Below are positions 12,448 through 25,492 of a stretch of 64,000 bases of DNA, in pieces. A model generated the notes under the pieces. It was not told the DNA's origin and did no database searches. It worked only from the letters and a program-made list of their open reading frames with translations. The position numbers were made by a program, and so were the translations under genes. The stretch spans positions 1,736,001 to 1,800,000 of the forward strand of contig CM039009.1 in assembly GCA_017499595.2 (NCBI GenBank). Direction: 5' to 3'. This DNA comes from Psilocybe cubensis (taxonomy: Eukaryota). Each line of letters starts with the position of its first letter. The stretch's first letter is position 1.

Positions 12448-13313
12448 GAGGAGCAGTGATGCGGCTGCTGCTCATCCGTTCGCAAAGGCGACAGAATGAG
12501 GTTAATCCGCCTTCCTCTACACTGTTTTCACCGGCACGACGAGCACAGTTGGTGCTGCTACTCGAACCGTAACCTGTCACAAACACACCACCCACACAAC
12601 TTTGACCGCCTCCCCTTACAGCCGTGAACCTTTGGCTCCTCCTACAACCTCCTTATGACGTGCCCAACTACATGACGAGCAGCGTGATTATTGCTGCTTG
12701 TCTGATGTATGACTGTAACTCATCCCGCTGCACCATTCCATGTCTACTTGGCGAGAAGCATTGGTCCTGTTCTCATGGAGCATACCCTACATAATCCTCC
12801 CTCCGCCTTCGCGACCCACCACAACCGAAAAGGGATGACGACCCAACGAGCAGCAGCCATAATGTTGCTCGCATTACTGCCTTTGCCACCCACACTTATC
12901 CGCCTATCGACTCGACCGGCAGCAGCCGCAAAACCCATGCGCTCTTCAATTCACTGCGGTGAACAGCATTATGGTTGCTCGTTGTCCATCCGCCTCCACT
13001 ACCCACTCCGTTTGGCGCGACGACTATCAACACTATTGCTTGTCCTACCGTCTCCTCCACATTCCCGTTGACAAGATGAGCAGCGCGAGGGCTCCATGTT
13101 GCGCCGGTTCCACCACCTCATACCCACTGACAAGACAAACAGCGTTCAGGCTACTACTCATCCCACTACCAGCGCAGTGCATCGACTGACTTGATGAGCA
13201 GCAATTCCATTGCAGCTTGTCTTATCGCCTCCTCCCAACCACACAACGAGCAGCACTAGGGCTTCTGCTCGTCTAACTATCTCCATCACATTTACACGGC
13301 AATGCTGCTTGTC
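12448..13313. repeat. Array of imperfect palindromes, consensus GACGAGCAGC-N9-GCTGCTCGTC
   Basis: 29-bp copies at 12448, 12538, 12674, 12845, 13193 and 13245. More degenerate copies at 12750, 12958 and 13075; half-site near 13304. Confidence 0.75.
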
Positions 13314-13974
13314 CTAAAAAAATCTACACTATACTGATACGGTATACGGCTCATGCTTATTCATAGTCTCCGCCACTCACTGTCGAAAACATTTTACACT
13401 ATCTCTTTACTCTGGTGTCTTTGCACTAGTGTTGCCCCCAATTAACGCTACTGACATGACCGTTGTGACCCATCACCATCACCAGCAAATATCACTTACC
13501 GGTACCGAAGTTTCCTTTACTAAGTCTTCGCAATAATTTTATAAGTACCAGAATACTGTTTATCTCTTGTGTAATATATGTATTGAAGTAGAAAAAAGAC
13601 ATTCATAAAAGTCAATATTCAGTCATTTAATGAAACCGTGTAAGATATCAAGATACAGACTATAAACTAAATATAAACAAAGCCTCGTACATACCATGCG
13701 TGAGCACTGGCTCACCTTACCAGTTAGACCGAGAGAGATCCACAGTACCGGTCGTGACGTCAGTGACGTGCTTGTCGGTGACACTGGAATAGTATCGGAC
13801 TGTATCATAGAAACAATTATATCGTCTTGTAACATAAAACAAACAATTCCAACGCATCCTGACACATTCAAACTCACTCCATCCGACTCACAAACGGTAG
13901 CAAAGAAACATTCGGTCAGTGGTTCATGTCTAACACCATGTACATCCAATTGTAACTAAATAGTCTTTTGCCAA

Positions 13975-15296
13975 TCATCTATTCGAGTATCTAGCTATAG
14001 AAGCCTGTAACACGGACAAAGGTTCTGGGTTAATGTACAAAACATCCCAAAATAACGAACTGTCTTTATCGAAGTCGGGGTACAGCTCATCGTCATCACC
14101 AGAGTCAACGCAAATTTTGTTAGTCTGCTCCCATCCGCCAGAGTAAACAGACTTGGCCCATTTTATCATCCCAAAATTGACCGACACCAAGTTTCTCCGG
14201 CTCTCTGCTGCTTTGGTAATATGTATACCCTGAACCTTAAGATGATCGGGTCCGGAACCAACTGGAATAATTACTGGTGTCGTGATAGTCCAGTCGTTAA
14301 ACTGCAGGAGACGCGCCTCTCGAAATAGAGGAGGGTCTAGTGTCAGCATCAACGACGCTTCCTATCCGGACACCAAGTATTTCAACAAAGAATCAGTACA
14401 TACAAGAAAAATTAATTATCGGAAAACAACTCACCAATGCATCAAGCTTCGGACTCCGTACAGTTAGAGATTTGATGTTTGGGAAGGCATTCCCCAGACG
14501 GTAAAGCGATGTCCCGATACGCGAGTACGATTCCACAAACTGAAGTGTAATACACAGTATAGACAACGAAGTGTTAGGAGTCCCGGTAGGTGCCATTTCA
14601 TTGAGGAAGAACGTGAAGCTGTCGTCATCCATCGCTTCTGTTAAACATATTTTGACGAGCACGCTCTTTATACTAATGAATCTGATAACTTTGATATCTC
14701 CGTGAAGGTTGAACTTCTTCAATTTCGGGAAATTACAGAAGGTTATTGGACTATCGACGACGCGAAGCCTTTTATCGTCCAGGCGGATAGCGTCGGCGTA
14801 AGTAGACTGGATGGGATGTACTGAATATCTGAGCATATATTTCAGAAAAGGTGATAGTTGAGTTCGCATGATCATCGTCAATGATTCAACGTTCGCGAGA
14901 AATGGTACCGCTCGACGCAGTAACGCGTGTGTGATGCTCACGTCGTTGTTGGTCGATACAGTGTATTGAAGCTCCTTGGTGTAAGTTCCATAGCTTTCGG
15001 TCGACTCTATGATCGTCTTGAAGAAACGTTTCGCACTAGAGTCGTACACAGAGACGTCGCGATATAACTGCCTGGAAACAACATCGTGCAAAGCCCATCC
15101 AGTGCATAGAAGAGCGTGCTGGTCTCTCCGAGGTAGATAGCGTGTTATCTCGTCCAAAAGCTCGTTCGCCAGACAAGGGAGCGATGTCTTATTGAACCTA
15201 AACGGGACTAAAACCAAAAGGGTAACAAGAATAACATTTAGCCGAAATCTATACCAAGGGTATACGAAAATCGAAGATCACACCTGATAGAGTCAT
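13975..15296 (-). CDS. F-box protein with LRR-like C-terminal region
   Basis: MTLS|VPFRFNKTSLPCLANELLDEITRYLPRRDQHALLCTGWALHDVVSRQLYRDV is F-box-like. LxxLxL repeats follow (FPKLKKFNL, FPNIKSLTV). Two GT-AG introns. Confidence 0.75.
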
Positions 15297-15820
15297 AGGG
15301 AGAACCTTGGGACCAGAACGACGTGGTATAGACAAACGTATTTATCCAACGCATTAACTAAACTTTTTTTTTTGTCTGATCTCAAGGTAAGGTAAAAAAA
15401 TATTAATACATCCACACATAAAACAACGACCATGATTGGATATAACTATATGTAATACAGTGTACGTCATCATATCAACAAAACGATAACCCGATCACAA
15501 TTAACCTTGTGCTGACATATACCCGTTACTCTATCAAACTGGCTACAGTCATAAGCTATTATTAGAAGATGGAAGACAAATGAAGCCCATCACAACTGCG
15601 TTTCGATCTACGTGATCAGAGAAAACCGAACGTCATGTCTGCACAGTACGATTCAGGATGCTATTGAAGGGACAGATTAGTCGTACAGTATACGACTCAA
15701 AGTATCAACACGAAAGATAATGAATGTTCCATCAATACAAGTAAGGTATAAAAACCAAACTTCTACGGTGATCAATTTCAGAGCAACACACTTACTCGAT
15801 CACTGTAATAGCCATACACA

Positions 15821-17112
15821 ATGTTCAATGCGATAGAAGACAGCCTCGCAAAAGAGCAGAGAAACTCAGGTAACTTGACGAGTTTCGAAGTATACCCGTT
15901 CCCTTCAAAGCTAGTGGAGATCGCATAGTAAGTGCAAGCTTATAATCTTAATCCACCGAAGCAAAAGGAGATGAACATGTTTAGCCCTCTTGACACCCGA
16001 GGGTTCGTAATCCCGCCGACATTATTAAAAGTGTATTCCGGTAACCATATGTTCTGTATGCCTAAATGTTTCCACGGAGTGGACGCAAATATTGTCGTCG
16101 CGAGGAACGCATACTACAACGGACACGACGGGGTTCACTTGGTCTGTGGAAACTTCAAACATCATTCCCAATGCGCTTTTCAAGGTAAAGTTCAAACCAT
16201 TATTTTTCCTACTATCAATAAACCCATGTTATAGTCAACATCACACGACTACTCAGAGAAAGTACTGACATGGTGTTCACTCAATACGCATTGACACCAA
16301 CTGTTCCGATGAGTGAGTTTTGTAATGTACTCAACAATCTAAGCATGATACCATACTCACCACACAAACCAGAAGTACCCCCTTCATCACCAGTACATTC
16401 AAGCATCGTGTCGCTCCCACCACTAGAAGAAGCGGAACAATCCGTACAATTACATTCCGATTACAATCCAAATGAAGAGGGACCGAACGAAGACAACACA
16501 CCGCGACCGACGTACACCATGGCTCTGGAGCGAACAAATATCCCGGACACCTGCTTCGAGGACCGCCTTAAGTACGACCATCGCCCAGCATCGATTTGCG
16601 ATATCCCACGTGAAACTGCAACGACACCATCACTTCTCGATCGCATCGAAACGGACGACGCTTTCAGCACGAGGACATGCAGGAGCACATCTCCGTCGCT
16701 ATGTCAAGTAAAGACTTCCGAACAAAAAGACAAATCAGAACATGGACGAGACATATGCGTTGTCACCGGACCTGGTTTACCAACAATGGTTATTGGGGCG
16801 AAGAACAACATTGGAACCAAGACAGTCAAACTCGATGTCGACCAGCCTAAACAGGAACGTGCTGGTACGTATTCTATACAGATAAACCACTTAGACAAGT
16901 TAACGAAATGCTCACAGACAATGTCGACGAATATGACTATCCGCTTACGGCCAGACGCGATGGTATTCCATCCATCATTTCTTGCATAGACCCGTGTACT
17001 CACGAATATAGTCACGATCTATTTCTCTCTTCGATTATAAACGCGAGCGTCATCTGTTGATAGAAATACCACCACCGTATATAGATTAGGCCCACAGATA
17101 GAGAGGGTATAG
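15821..17112 (+). CDS. Hypothetical protein with GRF-like zinc finger and disordered C-terminus (3' end uncertain)
   Basis: TATAAA at ~15747 and ATG at 15821. Exon 2 has PKCFHG...HLVCGNFKHHSQCAF (CxH...C...C). Long P/S/T/E-rich exon 3. Confidence 0.55.
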
Positions 17113-19345
17113 ACTGAACGGATTAAGGGAGAATGGGACGTGACCATAGAATTATACACCATTGTGTATAACACGCTTTAAGTCTGGTTTGAACCGTGTA
17201 GAATTATTTATACGAATTCGTACCTATCACAACGTCAGATGTCAAGATCGAAAGAAATATTACACCGGTAATATAACAAAAATTCTACTTTATTTTAATG
17301 TTGGTTAAGCTTTTATACTATAACGGGTTCTGTCTTCTCACCACTATATGGATAGATACTTCATTTAAATCAGAGATATTTTGAGACAACGAAGTTAATG
17401 TGATTTCTTTCACCAAGGTTACAGCGGTAGTTCAAAGGAATAAATATCAATTTCCATATTGTCAAAAGCATCGCAAATACATACAGACGATTTTCACTAA
17501 TAACTACAACTGTAGATGGCAAGCAATACTTTTTGTGGATATACAAAGCCAATCCACTACAGAGCCTACGAGCTGTTGTGAAGTGAATTGAGACCGGAGA
17601 AAGTGAAGAGTGTGTGTGCACACATTCCCTCTGTTGTGTGGTCATAGAAGAAACGGCGACGACAGATGGACCCACGTCGAGTACCGTACATTGATAACGA
17701 CAGAAGCTGGGACAGATGATACCAAGAGTGCAACACAAACACCCTCCACGTCAATACCCAGGATGGAGATAGCAAAGGAGATGGTAGACAACATAACATA
17801 CAACGTCATTCACGTTATTGTGGACTGACAACAGGTAGTACCAGAGGAGGAGAAGGGGTGATGTCCTGTTTATCGTTGTAGGAGGAGAATATAGCAGCGG
17901 ATGATTGTGACAAGAAAGGGCACGAGCAATAGGATAGAGAGAAAAACACGTATTCTGTAGAGTGCTGTACGTGTCACGTAGAATGTAGTGGTGGTGGGTA
18001 CAGAGCGGCAGGGACATATGACACAACATGAAAACGCGAAGCCCTGTGTATGTCGTCTAGACATATTGTTGGGACGGAGAGCGATACAGATCAGAGATCA
18101 GTGCTCTACATGTTGTTCGCGATGGAGTGCATGACACATATATCCCTATGCCAATGTTGGAAATGGGAGAAGCGGCGACGGCGGGTGGAGTAACATGCAA
18201 CGCCGTGTGCGTCGTTGCGAGTGGAGAGGGGTGTATGTGTGGTTTGTGATGAATATTCCCTCCGTGTTGTTATGAGCAAGTGGGTAGGTGATGGAAAGGA
18301 CATAGCACAAACACTCTCCTATCAATATAAAGGACGGAGAGTACAGCGGGAGCGGCAAAGAACATGAGATACAGTACTGCGTGCACTATTGTAGGTAGAG
18401 AGTGGAGCAGTATGGAGAGTGACGCGAAATGCCTTGTGTATTGTTATGGAGAGATGCAATTGTAGCGACGAGAAGAACAACACACAACACCATATGCGTA
18501 TGTTGTGAGACGACAGAGGACATGTCTTGTGTGTCAGGGTGGTCAGAGGGAGCAGTACCGATGGTATCGGGCACCCAATACATCACACCATGTGAATGGG
18601 AGAGGGAGAGAGGTAAAACAATACGTTCGATAGAATGTGACCGAGATGGTTGTCCGATGTCGTACTGGATAGAAACAGCTACAGATATAACGGCCGCATA
18701 GAGCGCTGTACCATGCATGTCACAGTGAACGGGAAGGGGGGTCTGGTTACCGCGGTGAGTATATTACAGGGACGGAAAGCAGAATGGTCTAAGTTGATGA
18801 TGTGCGCGTTGCGACGGATGAAAACATATAGGACGGAGTGGAACAACACGTAATGTCGTGTATGTGTTGGCGAGTATGCTGAAGTTGCAACAGAACGCGG
18901 TGGTAGAAGGGACCAAGAGTGATCGATCGGTTTAGATACCAGGCACGCAGCGGAGTGGATTGGTTAAGTTGTGCACATCAGTTTTAGCGGGTAGAGGAGA
19001 GTGTCGGTGCGCTTTGAGTACCATCATGGTATCGGATTATACGGTTACCAGCTTCCGAACCAGTGGAATCTATGCTGTCTTACGGACATAAACCATGGTG
19101 ACACTGGTCGGGACGGAAATACCAACGACTTCTTCAACCAAACATGAACTGGCTTTCTCAGCTCAATTCTCTTTTTAATTTATAGAACGACATGGAATAA
19201 GGTTATCCGACGTTAGCCGACGTAAGAAGCATGCTTACTACAACGATGGTGCCTATCTGAGTTGAACTGAGATTGAAAATGAGCGCGTTTTGGCTGGTAA
19301 TTCAATACCGCCAACTGCCGAGTCGATCTTCACTGACACACATAC

Positions 19346-20688
19346 CTGGTAAGCAAAAATACCAGGAGATTTGTGGATGACAGCCTTTAATTTGGTATAT
19401 GGGATGGTTCTCAAGCAATCGAGAGTATCTGATGCGCCAGTGCAACCAGTTTCTTTAACCATGGCATCGTAGTACTTCTGGCCGTTTGTGATATCACCAA
19501 CTGGAATGGTAGCTCCTGATTGCATGAACCCGCCTCTGAAAAGACCCTCAGTGTTGCCATCATTCGCCACCATCTGCAGAGCAACAGATATAGGGCCAGC
19601 GGATTCACCCCAACTGGAAAAATATCGTAAATGAGTCATGCGAAATATAACAGGAATAACAAATTCAAGCCTACATGGAAACTTTGGTGGGATCACCACC
19701 AAATTGAGTGATGCACTTTTGGATCCACCGCAGAGCCTCACGTTCTGTATACATTGTGCTAACATACTTCGTTAGCAACATAATCAAACGTACGATCTTG
19801 AAGACCAAGGTTGCCCACACCAGCTTTTTTCGCCTCTTTACTTGCAAGGAAGTCGATCCCAGTTAACCTAATCGAAGGGATTAAAACATGAACGTGTTTA
19901 TGACAGATATACCGGTATAAGCACTTGTAATTCATGCTGACGTAGATGATAGGTTGTCCAAGATCTTGGGACTTTTTGACGATTAATGCTCCATCATACA
20001 TAGAAGTACTTCCGAGTTCGAAACCACCTGTCACAGGAGGTTGAAAAGTATATAGTAGAGGTGTTGATGAATTGACTTACCGCCAAATATCCACTAAAAT
20101 GTCTGGGTCAGCAATAAATTGTAGTACATATCGAAAAGATACTTACCACAACGACAGGGAGCTTGGATCCAGGAGTAGCAGTAGCTGGTTTCACGACGTT
20201 CACAGTGAGGCCTAGAATCGTCGAGCATAAGGAAAAGATTCGAGGACATGTCACCATGACTCACAATCTTCATCGTCGGGAAGACTTGACCAAAAATTGA
20301 ATTGATCACATAGTTGACTGCTTCCGCTGTCAGGCCGGAGAGGAGAGGCAATCCGACAGATTGTTGACCACAAGAGGGCCCGTATTTCTTTGCGTCGTAG
20401 GATCCATTCATGTATGTGATAGGCTGGGGTAAGTGGTACCTAAGGTTTCCGACACTGCGAAACAAATATATATATATAGTCAACGGAAGAGTCTAATTGA
20501 AATATTAAAAACATTTACGGAGGTTGGGCGAACAGAATACCCAAGAACCTCTGTACCGTCCCAGAGGTCTCTCCAACGAACGTCGCGCTTCCGAGAGTTA
20601 CAAATGGAATAACGAGTGCGGTGGGAGCAGCGGAGACGTAAACCGAGTGAAGCACGATGCTCAACAGGAAGTGGTGGAGCATGACCAT
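19346..20688 (-). pseudogene. Truncated, frameshifted type-B carboxylesterase/lipase
   Basis: Signal peptide, FLGILFAQPP, GNLRY, WIFGGGF, GNLGLQD, FGGDPTKV, WGESAG nucleophile motif and MQSG. A 1-nt deletion at ~20280 disrupts FPDDED-C. Homology stops after IFAYQ, so the catalytic Glu/His half is missing. Confidence 0.85.
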
Positions 20689-21556
20689 CGTCGACGTGAA
20701 GGGACTGGCACAGAGACACATTCAAAGGGAAAATAGTAATGTTTCGCAAGGCACATTTTATGCTAGAGGCTGAGAGGAGGATGTGCTCCTGACAAGGACC
20801 TGGGAATCTCTAAATGAGGCGTTCAATAGCGCCTCATCACGGGTTGGACACAACACGCGGACAAATTCATAAGCGCGGCGTAGGACTGAAAGTCGACACA
20901 GGACAGAGGTATGATCATTTAAAAAAATTAACCAAATTTCCCCAGCGTAATAAAAAAACCCACGATATAGTCGCCGACGACTACCCGATATATTTATTTC
21001 AAAGACAATAATGCGTCGCTTGTTTACAGTCGTCTACCTGTGACTGTCGAGGAAAAAAAAAGAGAAAAAAAAAAAAGAATAAGCAGTAGGACAAAATAAA
21101 ATAAAAAGTAAATTAGACCGAGTAGGCCTCACCTGCGCTACGTTAAAGCCAGACACAGGACCGTAAACCCGAAAATACTGAAAAGAGACGCTTTAGCGGA
21201 TCATATACCAGTCAGCGGTCATCGATTCATTCGACCAGTTTACGTCACTTGCATTGGAAGCGCGCGTGGGGTGAAGCCAGCTCCGAGTACAAGAAACTAT
21301 ATTCATCGGACACGGACACCCGGAAATAACCAACCAGAGAACAGCAGGACAACCATAAACGCGTAAAAAAGGTCGTCCAATTGCTTCCTTTCTCCAGGCT
21401 CCTCGCAGTTGCACTCGGCAGACACTGCGACGAGAGCAGTCGTGACTCCAGTATGCCCGGGTGTTAGAGCCGTCGGTCTAGGTACGTTGCTAGCATTTTC
21501 TGTGTCGTGTGGTGCCTGTGTTTCTTTTGGAGAGAAACTGTATAGTGTACTGGAGG

Positions 21557-22450
21557 GTAGCACCTGCCCGCTGTCGAGGGTTTACAACTCACCGAGGAGA
21601 CCTGGACAGGTACGACTTGAGCATGTCAGGGTAAAGGTCATGGGCGGGTATGGCAAGGTACGTTGTCATTGTTCTACTTGCTGATAATATCCATCGATTA
21701 CGTAGCAATGAGAGCGGGGTCAGCACCAGTTCATTGTTGATGGGTTATGGCTCACCGACCTAGTCCAATAATGTCTACAGTATTCTCCGGTTCCGAGGGG
21801 CGATTCGAACCGGTCAGCCGGATTGGGTTGTGAGAGCGGCATGCATCGCACTAGATTGGCTGATAATGCCAAGCTGCAAAGTAACAATGGAGGAGGAGGG
21901 TCGTGGGCAGGTATGTCATGTTACATCGTCATTGTTCTACATGTTATGTGCCTGCGGTTCGCTGACAATACCTGTGTATAAAGAGAACGGGGTCAGCACC
22001 AGCGCATCATTGATGGGATACGAATCACCATCCCAGTCCGACAATGTCTACAGTATTATCGGGTGCGGCTGGCGATGAGAGGGGCGATAGCGCGTCCGAG
22101 GGACAGGGTTGTAAGGATGGTATGCATAGTACTGAATTGTTTAGCAAGGTCCTTGACCTGCGCAGTGGCAAGAGCAGGGTCAGTACCAGCGCGTCGTCAA
22201 AAGAGTACAGCTCACCACCGTAACCTACTCTGCACCGTCAAAACTGTCAAGCACAGAGTACAGGTCAGCACCAACACGTCGTCGAGAGGGTACAACACAC
22301 CGTTGTAACCTATCATCTAGTGTCAAGACTGTCAAGCATAGGGTCAGCACTATTGCCAACAGAATACACAACTGTGCGGCTTACCGTCAAAGGGTGTCGT
22401 GTGGCTTCAGTGCTCGACTATGCTGAGCCAGTGGGGTCAGTACCTGTGCG
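21557..22450. repeat. Degenerate tandem repeats with GGGTCAG(C/T)ACC anchor
   Basis: Motif at 21717, 21990, 22177, 22262, 22341 and 22434. A ~270-bp unit is duplicated (AATGTCTACAGTATT and GTCATTGTTCTAC each occur twice). Confidence 0.65.
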
Positions 22451-22564
22451 TTTCATTGTTGTAGTCCGCTTTGCCACGTCAAATACTCTAGATCATATTG
22501 TTAGCACCATCGATATTGGCAACAGACACAACCAAAACAACTTACCATCGAAACGCAGGCACCA

Positions 22565-23950
22565 TCAGAGGCCACAGACAGGAAGGAAAGGGTGGGCAGA
22601 GGTCTCGACACAGGGCCGTGCTGATACCATGACACGCAGTGTCTGGCATACCGCTGATGGTGACCAGGTACTCGTTGTGAAGAATGACGGAGTCGACAAG
22701 ATCTCGTCGACTCCCTGCTCGTCAGTGTTTGATGGTAAAGCTAGGGGAATAATGGGGTAAGATTGAAAAGTAATGTTGGTATAATAACATACCTGGCGGG
22801 TCTCACATTTCATGGGTCTCGCTTCGTTGTTGTCCCCTCTCCAACCCTCCTCAGTTTCGGTGAAAGTTGGTACAAAGTAACTTAGAATTTACAGTGGAAA
22901 AGAAAGATAACTACTACGATGGTCGACAATGCAAACAAGTCACATGGCAACTTGCGCGTGCTGTGCACCGACTCAATTGTTGCCGTACCGGACGAAATCC
23001 GCGAGTGATCACGTGCGACCATCTTAAACGTATCGCAAAAGCCTGGCGGGAGGTGCACCATAAAAGAACGAATCCCTTCCCTCCGGTCGGGCTTCGTAAA
23101 ATGATTTGTGCTTATAAAATTATTTTCTCCCATCAATATACTGACGAAAGAGTCAGTCATCACTAATTCCTTGTTCGATACTATCAGTGAAGTAACTCGT
23201 CTAACTCTATTCTCCAAATGGTAACCAACGGTACAGTTCATTGGTACAGTTTACCTAGCCTTTTGATCATTTGGTTAATTAACTCAATAATCAATTGTCT
23301 TTTAAGCTCGGATGCATTGTTAATCTGTTCAGGGTCTTACCAATAATGTTGATATGGACCCGGTAACGTAGCCATATAAGGGGATTGTTTTCTTAGTAAG
23401 CTCCGACGTTCATCTGCGCTTCTGCACGCTGTAGCACAGGAAGCTCTCCTCTTTCGTTGTCGGCTCATCCTTTCCATCTTCTCAAGCGGCACGCACTTAC
23501 ATTTTATCTAGGTTTTCCTACAATTGCTTCGGTATTGAGATCCCGGGTCGGCGCTTTCCGAAGTACCGGACAGCAAACCGCGGTGTTTGCCGTCCCAGCA
23601 ACCGTACAGCCACTCTTGGTTGTTGTCTCGGTGAGCTCAAGGTGAGTTCTGAACTCTTCTAAGCAGTTGTCCCCTCCATACAGATTTATTGCAAACATTA
23701 AGCACTCGATGCATCGCCACCTTTCTTGTCTATCACGCTTTGTGAGTATAACGAGAGTCAATAAGTGGCGCTCCAGGCTCAGTGCAAAGGCTGCAAGCAC
23801 ATGTGATCTGTGATAGTCACATGTAACTTGGAGTTTGATGAATGAGAATGAGAATCGTAGAGCTCGCGGTTCTCGAACACTGTAAGCCTAAAGCATTGAC
23901 AACATTTACGAGAACGGAACATAATCAGGATTAAAATGTGTTTACTCGAG
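22565..23950 (-). CDS. Possible multi-exon hypothetical gene
   Basis: Several same-strand ORF segments with plausible splice sites (e.g. exon ELVMTDSFVSILMGENNF...). No recognisable motif. Confidence 0.25.
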
Positions 23951-24761
23951 TCTAATTGCTGGTTGCATGGAAAACCAATCAAACACGCTCTTCTCTCTCC
24001 GTACAACACTTCAAGGTTGTATTATGTGCCGATATGTTCCGTGCACCTTACATTTTAGGGAAAAACCATATTTTTCCTCTAAACCTGTCACCCTAAAATG
24101 TCTAGGTAACTGTACATATCCAAAGAACGATCAGAATAATAAGAAAACATGTGAAAGAAGCACATAACTCTGGATATATCACAAGACCGGCCAAATACTA
24201 GAAATCCGAAACAAACAAGAGCAAATCACAGATGCCACAATGTTATCTTGTACAATCTAACCCAGCCACCCACAGCTAAGTACATATACACACAAAAAGC
24301 CAGCAGACTAACATCCAACAGTAAAAAAACCCATTGCATGCAATACAAAAACATATAGTACAAAACCAGACCTAATTACACAAAGTAAGCTATATTATGC
24401 AATGCATGTTACAACGCTGCTGCTACCTGATTCCTTCACACGCCACTCCACTGATTACATCCAGTAGTAAAGCAAAAAATTTCCGCACATCACGTAAAAC
24501 GCCCCAACGCACACCAAAATGTCTCCAATAGCTATATAAACAAATTGAGGAACAAGAAAAAAGGTGTCAACTAGTGTCAACCGATAAGTATGACGTTACA
24601 TTATTACTATACCGCAAGGAACTACTACCGAAGCTAAAATATCTGACCCTGTACACAGAACTATCCGATCCAAAATTCCGATTCCAACGCATATCCAAAA
24701 CACTACTTAAGACGGTTACAATTGACTACATCCCAATTAACAACAATCTATCAGATATCAA

Positions 24762-25227
24762 ATGAAACCCATGCCATATCTTACATCGTTCTGGGAAAAG
24801 CTTAAAACTTTGCCCCCCTTTACAACGTCTCATCCTCAGACGACTCTAGACAACAAAAAACCTCAGGCTATATCATTTTGTTCTACGGTACACCATACAA
24901 ACAAGACGAACAAGAATGACAAGTTTGCTCAGGCTAAAAAACGTGCTACCCAACGTCGCCATGCCCGTGAACTCCAAGACAGTTTCATATCTGTAGGCCT
25001 TATACCTCCTCGCAAACCAAAGGCATCAAAACGTCCTCCAATCTCCCGACCCCCATCAGTTGCAGAACCATGGTGGAAGAAGGAGGAAAAGAGCTATTTG
25101 GCAATGTCGAACAATAAGTCTGTGCTACTTCTTGGTTCGGGAAAAACAAGTAAGTCATTAAATTCTTGTTTCTACTCAATCCATTCTAATAAACTATATG
25201 CTAGAGATTCATCTTGAGCATTTATAA
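24762..25227 (+). CDS. Basic hypothetical protein
   Basis: K/R/P-rich ORF. A GTAAGT...CTAG intron gives the C-terminus KTKIHLEHL*. Confidence 0.4.
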
Positions 25228-25462
25228 AACTAATGCTCTATAGTCGAAGAAACAATGGAGCATATACACGAGCTCTTTACAGACTTGCTACTTGAAATTA
25301 TAAGTTCAAAAACTTTTTCTCTAGTAGAACTTTTTTTTTAGCCTGGCGATATATACTCTTGATACACGTTACATTCATTTGTCTGCCTATACACTCCTTA
25401 TCCATTTCCAGATGCTAGCTAACCTGTCAATACATGTGATCCGTATTTAAATTCAGACGTTC

Positions 25463-25492
25463 AAAATTAAAATTAAAATTAAAATTAAAATT
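25463..25492. repeat. (AAAATT)5 microsatellite
   Basis: Five perfect units seen directly. Confidence 0.9.

Noticed and set aside
12448..13313. CRISPR array
   Set aside because: Eukaryotic context, degenerate repeats, irregular long spacers and no cas genes.
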